IMG/VR virus record: IMGVR_UViG_3300020042_003245
Coordinates: 1-44,712 of that record
DNA length: 44,712 bases
DNA from: a virus
Taxonomy: Duplodnaviria; Caudoviricetes
Direction: 5' to 3' (one strand)
The notes beneath the pieces were generated by a model. The model was not told the DNA's origin. It was given only the letters and a program-made list of their open reading frames with translations, and did not search any database. The position numbers and the translations under genes are program-made. Of this stretch, positions 9,701-17,290 are shown piece by piece. Position 1 is the stretch's first letter. Each line of letters opens with the position of its first letter.

Positions 9701-10670
9701 AGTTCTTTTTGAATGGAGCGTCAGGAACTCCAGAAGTTACTGCATCAGTTTTTCCTTGCTCTAATCTTTTTTGAGCTTCTTCTGGTGAACCATAACCACC
9801 AGAAAATGTTCCATCTTCCCATTGAACTTGATAATCTGGATCAAAACCAAAATGAGATTTGTTTTCTACAACTTTGCCAGACAAATTTTTTGTTGCGGGT
9901 TTTTGATATCCTTTATCACGCCCCTGCTGATGCCAGTCGGACTGCAACTCTTCAAGGTGCAACAGCTTCTCACCGTTGGGGCCTTTGCGGTCTTTGAGGC
10001 GCATGCTGGCAAGGATGCCAGACTCTCCACCGAAGTGATTGCCTACACCACCAAATACTTCAGGTGCTTTTTCTCTTTGAGCTTTTAACTCGTCAATCTG
10101 CCTCATGATGGCAGAACGATTTTCTGGCGCGGCGTGACGAAGCTTTGTATCCAACTCTACGGTTTTGCTGTTGAGCTTCTCCCGATCATTGGGCATCTTG
10201 ATCAGCATCTCGCGATAGTTGCTACCACCGGGTAGTGTGTATTCGCGGTGATGTGTTGCAGACTCTGGAAACAGTTTGCCTATCTGATGGTCGGCAACCT
10301 CTAAGGCTCGTTGTCTTGCTTCGTTGTAAGAAACCCCAGAATCCATGATGGTGTCAAGAGCTTCTTCATACTCTCGATCCCAATGTTCGTTGTGGGCTTT
10401 TGTGCTTAGGACTTGTTCACCCAACACCTTCTCACGGATGGCTGGCGCAGGCTTGGAGCCCAGTGCCGCCATGAACTGGTCATGCGTCATGCGGGGTGCG
10501 TTAAGCAAATCACCCAGCCCACGCTCTTGAATCTCTGTCTGCTTGATGCCGGGTATCCCCATCAGTTCCTTCATGAACTCGGCACCAGTCCCAACCTTGC
10601 GCCTCAGCAGGCCAGCGGCTCTGTCAATAGAGGAGTGAAAGGGCTTACCCTCTCCGACCAGCTTCTTCAT
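6774..10670 (-). CDS. Large multidomain (polyvalent) cargo protein: EELQSDW-type domain, Pro/Gln/Met linker, Cys-motif (Gp88-like) domain
   Basis: 1298 aa; YTLPGGSNYRE, LEELQSDWHQ, PDAPFK, GMKGFYD in the N half; TCAGQTEGC...TCFA, RPNVVDETD, YHVTHS in the C half; ATGA overlaps with both neighbours. Confidence 0.7.
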   Translation of the reverse strand: MKKLVGEGKPFHSSIDRAAGLLRRKVGTGAEFMKELMGIPGIKQTEIQERGLGDLLNAPRMTHDQFMAALGSKPAPAIREKVLGEQVLSTKAHNEHWDREYEEALDTIMDSGVSYNEARQRALEVADHQIGKLFPESATHHREYTLPGGSNYREMLIKMPNDREKLNSKTVELDTKLRHAAPENRSAIMRQIDELKAQREKAPEVFGGVGNHFGGESGILASMRLKDRKGPNGEKLLHLEELQSDWHQQGRDKGYQKPATKNLSGKVVENKSHFGFDPDYQVQWEDGTFSGGYGSPEEAQKRLEQGKTDAVTSGVPDAPFKKNWEEMALKRLIHHAAEKGYHGVVVTPGHEQAKRYNIGDHIGQLNADEYDIAGDRQWRINAKDKSGNKVPISSQYLTDEELASHVGKELANKIIADRGGEYSGLDLHVGGEGMKGFYDKKVPNILNSIGKKYGVKTELGGHKLAGDPLQRGDASERLGVAGERLADMNPDQVQAFNQRLDDSNAKNLHYFPITEDMRKDVLTNGLPLYAQGGIIHKAEGGNVQPSLTQMKMEIAKKSNPINMKNIGVNEAPGMFPKTFFPPDQEYGGTPTPGGVATPSGMPVGGVDTSQQQPGQQLMPQPMAPLAPPEQQGGLPGQPPPPGGMPDMAPQGATPPMGNMLQMTPQGQALGAMGGSKPPQPMAKGGSAKTVEQMKSEMAAKAPTDTGKRVTINAEGSGGVKGIVVPRHTLEGNKKVGAVGLHEMNEARSKVYGDDHREPLNLGKMASMHKKTLEDHFAKPIEEQHEAEEAALGRLREAKHIGKTANTLDESEKLDTVRHETDAQGRTHVGFASKGVAGHALYTSGKGNDTKYHVINTCAGQTEGCGGGKDAQGIVDTKRGTCFAPNAESQYASAAVRRAAHEQAKHDPAMTNDWILAHTGSLREAARLADKGNKRLLFRPNVVDETDVTSRHAIRHLNEQRKLDDKPAIIANSYGKTNELHDPENGYHVTHSNVGPKVKKGESIAENIGRDKARVRNTIMAADNKGDFKNEQGNKTPPKGSYMVTDVRRGSDMAKKMEKSIKHAKYWTTGREEHELTPEEKAEGPEGHFGGNGKPTTPDKSHFGHTTVKGKRFDYQRQHILHPRLVQVGENKDGTPHMIPTDSRFKDEEFLPEKRFKSKNGKDAGHILMTTPTESTSLVGHQTSFTHNVNDKHIEHAMKNKGEYEIDKPEDQIKAEGKEYRAPQSMKFYAEGGSVDGRHHGFSHDDFHAFPEQNVIAQRHLAMRHGEDESKHTRFKMPVAVHKNTGTMQLEMILKKKAK

Positions 10671-11950
10671 AGTGAGCGTTCCTCAATATCTAGGTGGTGT
10701 GCGTGCGTGACCTTGCCACCATGTGAGTACAGCGAGCGTTTGCCATACACGGGATTCTTTGCCAGCACCAGTGGGCCAATCTGAACAACGTGCTCAGAGT
10801 GCGTGATGGGCTTCATGGTCTCGCGATCATAGAAGTCACCATGGCGGCGCGGGTCGTATCCCACCTGACGGTAGTCAGGATGGTTCAGGTACTTCTGCAT
10901 GTGCTTGACGGCTTTGTCTTCGTCGATGTGCTCAAGCTCACCCTTGATCTTTGCAAACGGTGTCTTGTTCTGCTCGCCAGTGGCAACCCGTATGGCTTTG
11001 CTTGGGGAGCCCTCAAAGGTTGCATTGCGTACTGAGGACACCGAGCCGTATGAGGTAGGGAGCTTGTCCTGACCACCTGACTCGTCATGGATTGAGTTCA
11101 CCCACACACCGTGGCGCTCGTATGCCGGGATGTCCAAGCGTAGTCCAACACGGTGCCCAGCAGGCCAATTGTTGTGTGACTTCCAATTCTGCTTCTGCCT
11201 GTCAATCAGTACGTCCATTGCTTGCTCGTCAGTGGCAGGCTTGGGAATGAAGTTGTACGCCTTCACAGGCTTTTCTTTCGCCACCACCTTGGCATAGGCC
11301 GCTTGCTTCATCTTGCCATCAGCCAGTGCCCGTGCGGCGGCTTCTATGTTGGGGTTGCGACGGCTGGCCGCATCATCAAAGACGGTAGGACGCACCTCGA
11401 CCTTGCCGCCCTTATCCTTGTGGATCACCTTGCGAGCAATGATGCCGTGGCCTACGTCATGTTCCTTCTCGTACCGCTCTGCCTTGTGCAATGGGTACAG
11501 GTGCTTGGTCTCTGTGTTGATGTCGAACTGTGACCCAGCAGGCACCAAGTGGTGGCCCTCCATCTCCCGGAATCTTTTTCTGTCCACGACTACGGGCTCT
11601 CCAATCGTCACCTCACCAATGGCTTTGGCCGGGCCTTCACCAGTCCTGACAATAGCCACACGCTTGCCTACGTAGGGGCGTAAGGTGTCACTGTTGCGTG
11701 ACTCGTATGTCTTGTGGCCGTCCACAATCAGGTCGGCATAGCTGAGGTCTGCCTTGCGGTCGGATGCCACGTTGATGCCCATCACCGATCCACCCTTGGC
11801 CTTCTTATCAGTAGGCAGTGACACGCCTTTGCCTGCCGTCTTTTCCATGTTGGCAATACCTTGCATGCGCTGATTGAACTGCAACCCGGCAGGCTTAAAC
11901 ATTTCTTTTAGGCGCTGTAGTTCAACAAGTTGCGCTGGTGTTAAAGGCAT
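10667..11950 (-). CDS. ASCH/PUA-domain protein fused to an uncharacterised domain
   Basis: 427 aa; YADLIVDGHKTYESR matches the ASCH GxKxxExR signature; second domain RVGLRLDIPAY...QVGYDPRRH...VVQIGPLVLA. Confidence 0.7.
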   Translation of the reverse strand: MPLTPAQLVELQRLKEMFKPAGLQFNQRMQGIANMEKTAGKGVSLPTDKKAKGGSVMGINVASDRKADLSYADLIVDGHKTYESRNSDTLRPYVGKRVAIVRTGEGPAKAIGEVTIGEPVVVDRKRFREMEGHHLVPAGSQFDINTETKHLYPLHKAERYEKEHDVGHGIIARKVIHKDKGGKVEVRPTVFDDAASRRNPNIEAAARALADGKMKQAAYAKVVAKEKPVKAYNFIPKPATDEQAMDVLIDRQKQNWKSHNNWPAGHRVGLRLDIPAYERHGVWVNSIHDESGGQDKLPTSYGSVSSVRNATFEGSPSKAIRVATGEQNKTPFAKIKGELEHIDEDKAVKHMQKYLNHPDYRQVGYDPRRHGDFYDRETMKPITHSEHVVQIGPLVLAKNPVYGKRSLYSHGGKVTHAHHLDIEERSL

Positions 11951-11976
11951 ATCAACCTCAAAAGGGAATTGCCCAG

Positions 11977-12005
11977 ATTATGCCTTCGCAGGGCAGTCAG
12001 AGCAA
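11977..12005 (-). promoter_or_regulatory. Candidate sigma70 promoter for the cargo/portal/head genes
   Basis: TTGCTC-17 nt-CATAAT, about 27 nt upstream of ATG 11950; short inverted repeat TGCC...GGCA in the spacer. Confidence 0.45.
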
Positions 12006-12011
12006 CGTCCA

Positions 12012-12230
12012 TCACTCTGGCAGATAGCCAGACTCTCGCAACTCTTTTTCTCTGCGCCACCTGATCCACTCGCGCAACTGCTGGATGGCCTGTTGCTCGT
12101 TAATCTCTGCACGAGCACTGGTAAGGACTTCAAACCTGTTGGCGCACACTGTAGTTCGGACTCCGTCAGTCTGAACGATCTTAGAGTAATCCTCGCCTGT
12201 TTCAATGAGTATGTAGTCGTCATTTTCCAT
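12012..12230 (-). CDS. Hypothetical protein (72 aa)
   Basis: Strong AAGGAGGA RBS before ATG; fills the gap after terminase. Confidence 0.6.
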   Translation of the reverse strand: MENDDYILIETGEDYSKIVQTDGVRTTVCANRFEVLTSARAEINEQQAIQQLREWIRWRREKELRESGYLPE

Positions 12231-12275
12231 TTCCTCCTCCTTTGGTTTGTGATTCGTAGTCTGACTACGCTTTTG

Positions 12276-13712
12276 TCAGACACCATACGGATTCTCGCGT
12301 CCCCGCATGTTATATATCTCAGCGTCTGTGATGTCTTCTTGCTCCAAGTCTTCCCGTGGCGGTGCGTCGATGCTGATCCAGCCAGCGTCCCGCAGATACC
12401 GTAGTCCTTGGCTGATGCAGTCTACAAACTCATCATGCACCGTGCCATCAGGGAATGAGCATATCTGACTGACCATGCCTTCAGCCCAGTCACGCACGAA
12501 CCCTTTGCGCTTGCCCGACTCTGGCACCCAGACTCTTCCAGCTTTGATAATGTTCGCCACGATGGACAGCCGCTGTACCTTGTCAGCCCGTCCGGGGTTG
12601 TAGGCGATCACAGGCAGGTGCGCCTGCTGTAAGTCTTGTATAAGACTTATGCCTGCGCTCTTGTCTTCCACAAGGATCACGTCCACCAGCTTCTTACCCT
12701 TGCCTTCACCGTACACCGTTTCAAACTCGTCAATGACCTTGGGGCGCAGTTGCGGGTATTGCAGGTGGTCTTGCCAGCAGTCGAGGATCATGACGCACAT
12801 GCCACCATCTATAGGCTTGAACACGCCCAGCGTGATGCACCCGGTTGGGTCGTTAATGGTCTTGTCGCTGGTGGCGCAGTCATAGCTCTGGAGGATGTAC
12901 TCCAGCTTGGGAAAGGGCTTGCCGTCCGGCCACAGCCTGAACCAGTCCCGTTTGACGATGCCGCCTTCCTCGGGGTCGATGATCTCAGCGTGAATCTCCT
13001 GCCGTCCAAGGTTGGTGCCCTCATATTGGAGAATCTGCTTCCGGAACGATGGGGCCAAGTTCTTGATGTTGCTGTACGTGCTGGCGCGGGTAATGGTTAC
13101 GTCGTCACCTTCACGCTCTATCAACTCCAGCACCACGTCCTTGGGCTTGGGCGTAGTCGAGCAGATCAGCTTGGTGCGTGTGCCCAGCCGGATACCGAAC
13201 TGGATCATGTCCCATGAGTCACGCAGGTATTCCCATGCGGCCAACTCATCCAGCCAGCCACCGTGGAACTGTGGCCCACGGAACCGCTCGGGCTCCGATG
13301 CCGGGATACCCTTGATCAGGCTCCCATTGATCAGCGTGATCTCATGCAGGCTGGAGTTGTACTTCTCAATGATGGCCGGGGGAATGACCTTCAGTAGGCC
13401 GGACTCTCCCTCAAAGCAGGTGCTCTTCAAGTCTCCACTGGTCGGAGCGGATACCAGCCACCGGGTGCCTGCCTGCTCCCACGCCCACCATCCAAGCGTC
13501 TCTGCCGCCGCTCTGGTCTTTCCCGCTCCCCTCCCCGCAAGGAGTAACCAAACATTCCACCAATCACCCTCAGGCTCTATCTGGTGCTTGAGCGCCTGCA
13601 TCTTCAGCCATGTCATCTGCCAATTGATGGTGGCCTGCTCGACAGGGGAAAGCTTCGCAAACTCGGTCTGAAGATATACCTCGTCGTCGAGGATGGCTTC
13701 AGCAACGCTCAT
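12276..13712 (-). CDS. terL: Terminase large subunit
   Basis: Walker A AGRGAGKT, Walker B GWLDE, RQEIHAE, nuclease SYDCA...EDKSAG...HDEFVD. Confidence 0.95.
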   Translation of the reverse strand: MSVAEAILDDEVYLQTEFAKLSPVEQATINWQMTWLKMQALKHQIEPEGDWWNVWLLLAGRGAGKTRAAAETLGWWAWEQAGTRWLVSAPTSGDLKSTCFEGESGLLKVIPPAIIEKYNSSLHEITLINGSLIKGIPASEPERFRGPQFHGGWLDELAAWEYLRDSWDMIQFGIRLGTRTKLICSTTPKPKDVVLELIEREGDDVTITRASTYSNIKNLAPSFRKQILQYEGTNLGRQEIHAEIIDPEEGGIVKRDWFRLWPDGKPFPKLEYILQSYDCATSDKTINDPTGCITLGVFKPIDGGMCVMILDCWQDHLQYPQLRPKVIDEFETVYGEGKGKKLVDVILVEDKSAGISLIQDLQQAHLPVIAYNPGRADKVQRLSIVANIIKAGRVWVPESGKRKGFVRDWAEGMVSQICSFPDGTVHDEFVDCISQGLRYLRDAGWISIDAPPREDLEQEDITDAEIYNMRGRENPYGV

Positions 13713-14083
13713 TCGCCTGCCTGTCGGCTCATCTTAATGGACTTCAGCAGTTCACCGAACACGCTTACGTTGTGCTCTATCACCACCGGGTTGATGTCAC
13801 TGCCTGAGTGCTCCAGCCGCGCCAGCTTAGGTATGTGGTACTCGACTACGCTTTGGAACATGTCAAATGCCTTAGCTGGGTTCGGTGGCACGACGTACTT
13901 CTCCAGTATGTCGCCGCCTTCGGTCTGCTCAATCACCTTTACACCGTTGGCTACCTGATCAAGCCACTCAGTGAGCCTGTAGGCGTTTCCATCCACAAAT
14001 GATGCTATGGCCTGCCTTGCATCTGAAGTGGCCTTGTTTGGGCTCCCTGCTGGCCTCCCTGCGCCTTTATTTGCTGTTGCCAT
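13709..14083 (-). CDS. terS: Terminase small subunit
   Basis: Start reassigned to ATG 14083 (GGGAGG RBS); GRPAGSPNKAT and EYHIPKL motifs; ATGA overlap with terL. Confidence 0.8.
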   Translation of the reverse strand: MATANKGAGRPAGSPNKATSDARQAIASFVDGNAYRLTEWLDQVANGVKVIEQTEGGDILEKYVVPPNPAKAFDMFQSVVEYHIPKLARLEHSGSDINPVVIEHNVSVFGELLKSIKMSRQAGE

Positions 14084-14202
14084 AGTCCCTCCCAATAGAT
14101 TTGAATTGTTTATTCAATAATTGAGGTATTTTGTTTTCATCGGTCATATTCCAGTCCTTTGTCGCGCAGTCGTTTCAGCGCATAGGTCTGAAGTGTACAT
14201 CT

Positions 14203-14385
14203 TCAATCTGTGGCTTGTGAAGGGTTAAAGTGTTTTGTGAGGATGTCTGCCCAGATGTTGTCGCGCCTCTCGTTCTTGCTGTCTTGCCATGCCTGTTGTT
14301 CTTCCACTGTGAATGGTTCCAATGTCAGGTCGGGTTTCAGCCTGTGCCACCACAACTTTCCATCTTTTTCGCCCAGCACCATCAT
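14203..14385 (-). CDS. Hypothetical protein (60 aa)
   Basis: ORF in operon orientation, ATGA overlap with upstream gene. Confidence 0.5.
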   Translation of the reverse strand: MMVLGEKDGKLWWHRLKPDLTLEPFTVEEQQAWQDSKNERRDNIWADILTKHFNPSQATD

Positions 14386-14534
14386 TCTGTTTCCAGTGGC
14401 ACGTCACGCCACTCGCCCTTTTCGGACATGCCCCAGCCACTCTCCCACCATTGCTGGAGGATACGAATCAGTTTGTGGTCGCCATTGGTGTCTACTTGGC
14501 GCTCGATGAATCTCAGTTTTGCTGTCGGTTTCAT
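14382..14534 (-). CDS. Hypothetical protein (50 aa)
   Basis: Not in ORF track. MKPTAKLRFIERQVDTNGDHKLIRILQQWWESGWGMSEKGEWRDVPLETE; ATGA overlaps at both ends. Confidence 0.6.
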   Translation of the reverse strand: MKPTAKLRFIERQVDTNGDHKLIRILQQWWESGWGMSEKGEWRDVPLETE

Positions 14535-14791
14535 TGTTTCTTCCCTTCTTTTAATCCACGTTGATATTCTTCATCCAATCGCTTGGAAAATATTTGTCCT
14601 ACCCATGTCATAAGAGCAATTGCGCTTTGATCCGCATTACCCTCAAATGCCAGTCCGGGGCCGTTGAAGTCCAACACACCAACCTCTTCCCCATTTGCGT
14701 TGTGAAAGATGATGTTGTAGCTTGGCTTTGGTGCCGTAAAACTGAATGTGTTTGGCATGTAATGTTGTTGGCATTCTGGGCCTTCACTCAT
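14531..14791 (-). CDS. Hypothetical protein (86 aa)
   Basis: AAGGAG RBS, ATGA coupling. Confidence 0.6.
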   Translation of the reverse strand: MSEGPECQQHYMPNTFSFTAPKPSYNIIFHNANGEEVGVLDFNGPGLAFEGNADQSAIALMTWVGQIFSKRLDEEYQRGLKEGKKQ

Positions 14792-14889
14792 GATTTGCTC
14801 TCCTTCTGTAGTCTGTCAATCAATTCCTGCAAGGCATCGGTGTAGTCTTTGAGGGGACTGCCGGGCCACCATGCTGTTGTGTCACTCAT
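14788..14889 (-). CDS. Hypothetical peptide (33 aa)
   Basis: Not in ORF track. MSDTTAWWPGSPLKDYTDALQELIDRLQKESKS; GAGGAG RBS; ATGA coupling downstream. Confidence 0.45.
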   Translation of the reverse strand: MSDTTAWWPGSPLKDYTDALQELIDRLQKESKS

Positions 14890-15172
14890 GCTCACTCCTC
14901 AGAATTCGTTGTTCGGCAAACTTTTTGTATGCCCTGTGCTCTTCGTTCTCGCGCTCCAAACGTTCCACCTTGCTCTTCAAGTGCTGGATGGTGCTGTTGG
15001 CACGCTCAATCCATTCTTTGACCTCGGTAGGCATTGAGAACGTCTGATTGGCTGGTGCCTGCGCCACAGCCTTGTTGGCTACCAGAAGGCGTGGCGGTGC
15101 CTTCTTTACCGCCTTCTTGGCTGGTGCCTTTTTGGCTGGCGTTTTAGTCGTAGCTTTTCGGGATACGGACAC
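14882..15172 (-). CDS. Basic PAKK-repeat plus coiled-coil protein (96 aa)
   Basis: Start reassigned to GTG 15172 (GAGGAG RBS); TPAKKAPAKKAVKKAP then a heptad coiled coil. Confidence 0.6.
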   Translation of the reverse strand: MSVSRKATTKTPAKKAPAKKAVKKAPPRLLVANKAVAQAPANQTFSMPTEVKEWIERANSTIQHLKSKVERLERENEEHRAYKKFAEQRILRSEHE

Positions 15173-15350
15173 AGGTAATCTCCTCGGGGTTGTATTGCGT
15201 GTCGGGGGTGTAACGAATGTCAGGGGCATAGGCACATAGGATCAGGAACATGACAAACCACATTCCAATCACCATCTTCCACGCCATGGATTCTGGTGGC
15301 CGCTGGCTGGGTAAATGACTCATCATCTGGTCAATCTCTTCTTTATTCAC
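15144..15350 (-). CDS. Small membrane protein (68 aa)
   Basis: GTG 15350 in GTGA overlap with upstream stop; hydrophobic MVIGMWFVMFLILCAY. Confidence 0.55.
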   Translation of the reverse strand: MNKEEIDQMMSHLPSQRPPESMAWKMVIGMWFVMFLILCAYAPDIRYTPDTQYNPEEITCVRIPKSYD

Positions 15351-15535
15351 AGGTGCTCCACAATGGTTTCCAGCGCCTTGATCAGGTCTTGGGTTTGTTT
15401 TTTGGTCATGGTGGTGTTCATGCCACCGCCGCGAATGCGTATAGACAACCACAGAGCATTGTCGTCAAATTTGTCTACGCACACACGTCCACCTTCATTG
15501 GTTTCAATGGCAAATTCAAGTTCTTCTGTTTTCAT
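15347..15535 (-). CDS. Hypothetical protein, paralog of 16684..16881
   Basis: Start ATG 15535; DKFDDNALWLSIRIRGGG...MT...Q..IKALETIV aligns with the paralog. Confidence 0.7.
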   Translation of the reverse strand: MKTEELEFAIETNEGGRVCVDKFDDNALWLSIRIRGGGMNTTMTKKQTQDLIKALETIVEHL

Positions 15536-15545
15536 GTCATTCTTC

Positions 15546-15803
15546 TTAATTCTCGTACACGCCAAGTTCACCGGGATTAATCCACTCTGCGTGCAGGCCA
15601 GACCTGCTCAGAATTGTGTCAATCTTTGGGTTAACTCCAAATATCCAGTTGGGTTGCAGGTACCCATCGTAGTAGTCAACCCACTTGAATGAATCGGGCT
15701 CCTCAGCACTGATTTGGAACCGACCGTCCATGTCGTCACGGACGTATACGGGCACGCCCAGTTTCTTGAGGGCATTGAATGCTTTGATGTATGTGCGCTT
15801 CAT
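15546..15803 (-). CDS. Hypothetical protein (85 aa)
   Basis: GAGGTG RBS, ATGA overlap; FQISAEE and GLHAEWINPG motifs. Confidence 0.7.
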   Translation of the reverse strand: MKRTYIKAFNALKKLGVPVYVRDDMDGRFQISAEEPDSFKWVDYYDGYLQPNWIFGVNPKIDTILSRSGLHAEWINPGELGVYEN

Positions 15804-16405
15804 GCTGTCACCTCTATGGAAATGACTTTGGGGCGCTGGATAACTGTTTGCTTCACGCCATTACGCACGCCATGCTCTTTGATGGTGGCTGTAATGGTGG
15901 CAGTCTCACCTTTATCAGGAAAACCATTGGCGTTGCCTTTGTAAATAATGGTGTTGTTGTTTTCATCTTCGCAGATGTTGATGTAGGTGGTGCCGTAAGA
16001 ACCTTCCAACACTACGATGTGGACAACCTTGATGGTCATGGTGGTCTTCTCGCCCACAGTGCCAATGTGCTCGCGTGTAGCGTCTATAGCGGCCTTCTTG
16101 TCAGCCCACTCTGCGCGGCGTGCGGCACGGGCATCAATACCCTTCAGGATCGCCTCGCACTGCTTGGGTGACAGTTTGCCCCATGTGTAAAAAGACTCGG
16201 CCATCTTGCCCATAAAGTCGTCGCCATAACCCATGAAATTACCATGGCCGTCGTAAGTGATGCCATCGGTCAATGCACTTTCGATCTCGCCTGCACGCTC
16301 AGTGTTGGCACGCCATGTCTTCTGGGCATTGGCAATGATGTTGCGCTTGACAGCATTGTGGTAGGCCACTGGGTTTTCGATGACTGGGGAAAAGTTTGTT
16401 GCCAT
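15800..16405 (-). CDS. Hypothetical protein with possible C-terminal OB-like fold
   Basis: 201 aa; WGKLSPKQ; C-terminal HIGTVGEK...TATIKEH...GVKQTVIQRPK beta-rich region; AGGAG RBS behind a promoter unit. Confidence 0.7.
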   Translation of the reverse strand: MATNFSPVIENPVAYHNAVKRNIIANAQKTWRANTERAGEIESALTDGITYDGHGNFMGYGDDFMGKMAESFYTWGKLSPKQCEAILKGIDARAARRAEWADKKAAIDATREHIGTVGEKTTMTIKVVHIVVLEGSYGTTYINICEDENNNTIIYKGNANGFPDKGETATITATIKEHGVRNGVKQTVIQRPKVISIEVTA

Positions 16406-16420
16406 TTTGATCTCCTGATT

Positions 16421-16465
16421 TAAACCTGCATCATTGCAGTGAAAGAACTATAACACAAAATTAGA
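16421..16465 (-). promoter_or_regulatory. Promoter/operator unit 1 (extended -10, palindrome, 5' hairpin)
   Basis: Minus strand TCTAATTTTGTGTTATAGT (TGnTATAGT); + strand hairpin CTGCA-TCAT-TGCAG at 16426-16439. Confidence 0.75.
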
Positions 16466-16687
16466 TTGTTTGAGATATTGTTTGGCGCGGCGCTTATCGG
16501 CAATCGACATTGGCAAGCCCTGTTCCATGCGCTCGACCAGCGACTTTTCATAAGCATAGGGGTCACGGTCGGCCCATGTGGTGTCACCAAACTGCTCGGC
16601 ACGCTCCTCTGCCGTCAATTCAATGCGGGGGAGCCCTTGCTCCTTCCGCATCTTGATCTCAGCCAGCAGTTGCTGATGTGTTCTCAC
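16448..16687 (-). CDS. Hypothetical protein (79 aa)
   Basis: GTGA coupling to upstream gene; two short EQGLP repeats. Confidence 0.6.
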   Translation of the reverse strand: MRTHQQLLAEIKMRKEQGLPRIELTAEERAEQFGDTTWADRDPYAYEKSLVERMEQGLPMSIADKRRAKQYLKQSNFVL

Positions 16688-16881
16688 GCTATAGCTTCCA
16701 TGTCAGCCACAATGGTTGTCAGGCCAGCAATCATTTGCTTTGCCTGCTCCAAAGTCATTGATGTTTGGGCACCGCCACCTGCTATTTGAATGCTGATCCA
16801 CACTTGGTTGTCGTCGTACTCGTCAAGAAAAATTGTGCGCTCGCCTTCGCGGGTCTTAATCATGATTGATTTGTCTTCCAT
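16684..16881 (-). CDS. Hypothetical protein, paralog of 15347..15535
   Basis: AGGAG RBS behind promoter unit 2; DEYDDNQVWISIQIAGGG. Confidence 0.7.
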   Translation of the reverse strand: MEDKSIMIKTREGERTIFLDEYDDNQVWISIQIAGGGAQTSMTLEQAKQMIAGLTTIVADMEAIA

Positions 16882-16894
16882 GTTGCTCTCCTGT

Positions 16895-16967
16895 TAAACC
16901 CGCTACATTGCGGTGAAAGAATTCTAACACTAAGTTAGAGTCTTGATTGTCTAGGTGTTTTCCCTAG
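16895..16967 (-). promoter_or_regulatory. Promoter/operator unit 2 plus second palindrome
   Basis: TCTAAC-ACTAA-GTTAGA at 16923-16939 overlapping minus-strand TGTTAGAAT; hairpin CCGC-TACATT-GCGG at 16900-16913; CTAGG-TGTTTTC-CCTAG at 16951-16967. Confidence 0.8.
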
Positions 16968-17290
16968 TAATTCTTGGGTGGCCTTGGCTGGCAGGTTTGG
17001 CCTCTGCCCATGGCTTTGTTAATGGTCGTCGCAGTCTCCACAATGACCTCACCCTCCTCCAGTTTGTGCTCCACCTGCATGGCCGCTATGTAAGCGATTT
17101 CTGCGCGGCTTGTCTCGTCCTTTGCCAATAGCAAAGCTTTTGCCAGCAGGGAAGTGCTCAGATACACCATGACGTTCATGGCGACCTGCATGTCGTGCTC
17201 CTGCATGAAAGCTTTCATCTTGGCGTTCAAATACGCCTCATTGGCATCAATGGCATTACTGATAGCTTTTATGGTTTTGTTGTCCATCAT
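16964..17290 (-). CDS. Hypothetical helical protein (108 aa)
   Basis: ORF coupled by ATGA overlap, operon orientation. Confidence 0.65.
   Translation of the reverse strand: MMDNKTIKAISNAIDANEAYLNAKMKAFMQEHDMQVAMNVMVYLSTSLLAKALLLAKDETSRAEIAYIAAMQVEHKLEEGEVIVETATTINKAMGRGQTCQPRPPKNY

Noticed and set aside
11978-12286. 102-aa minus ORF overlapping the 72-aa gene
   Set aside because: No RBS, overlaps the terL end and the candidate promoter; the 72-aa frame has a strong RBS
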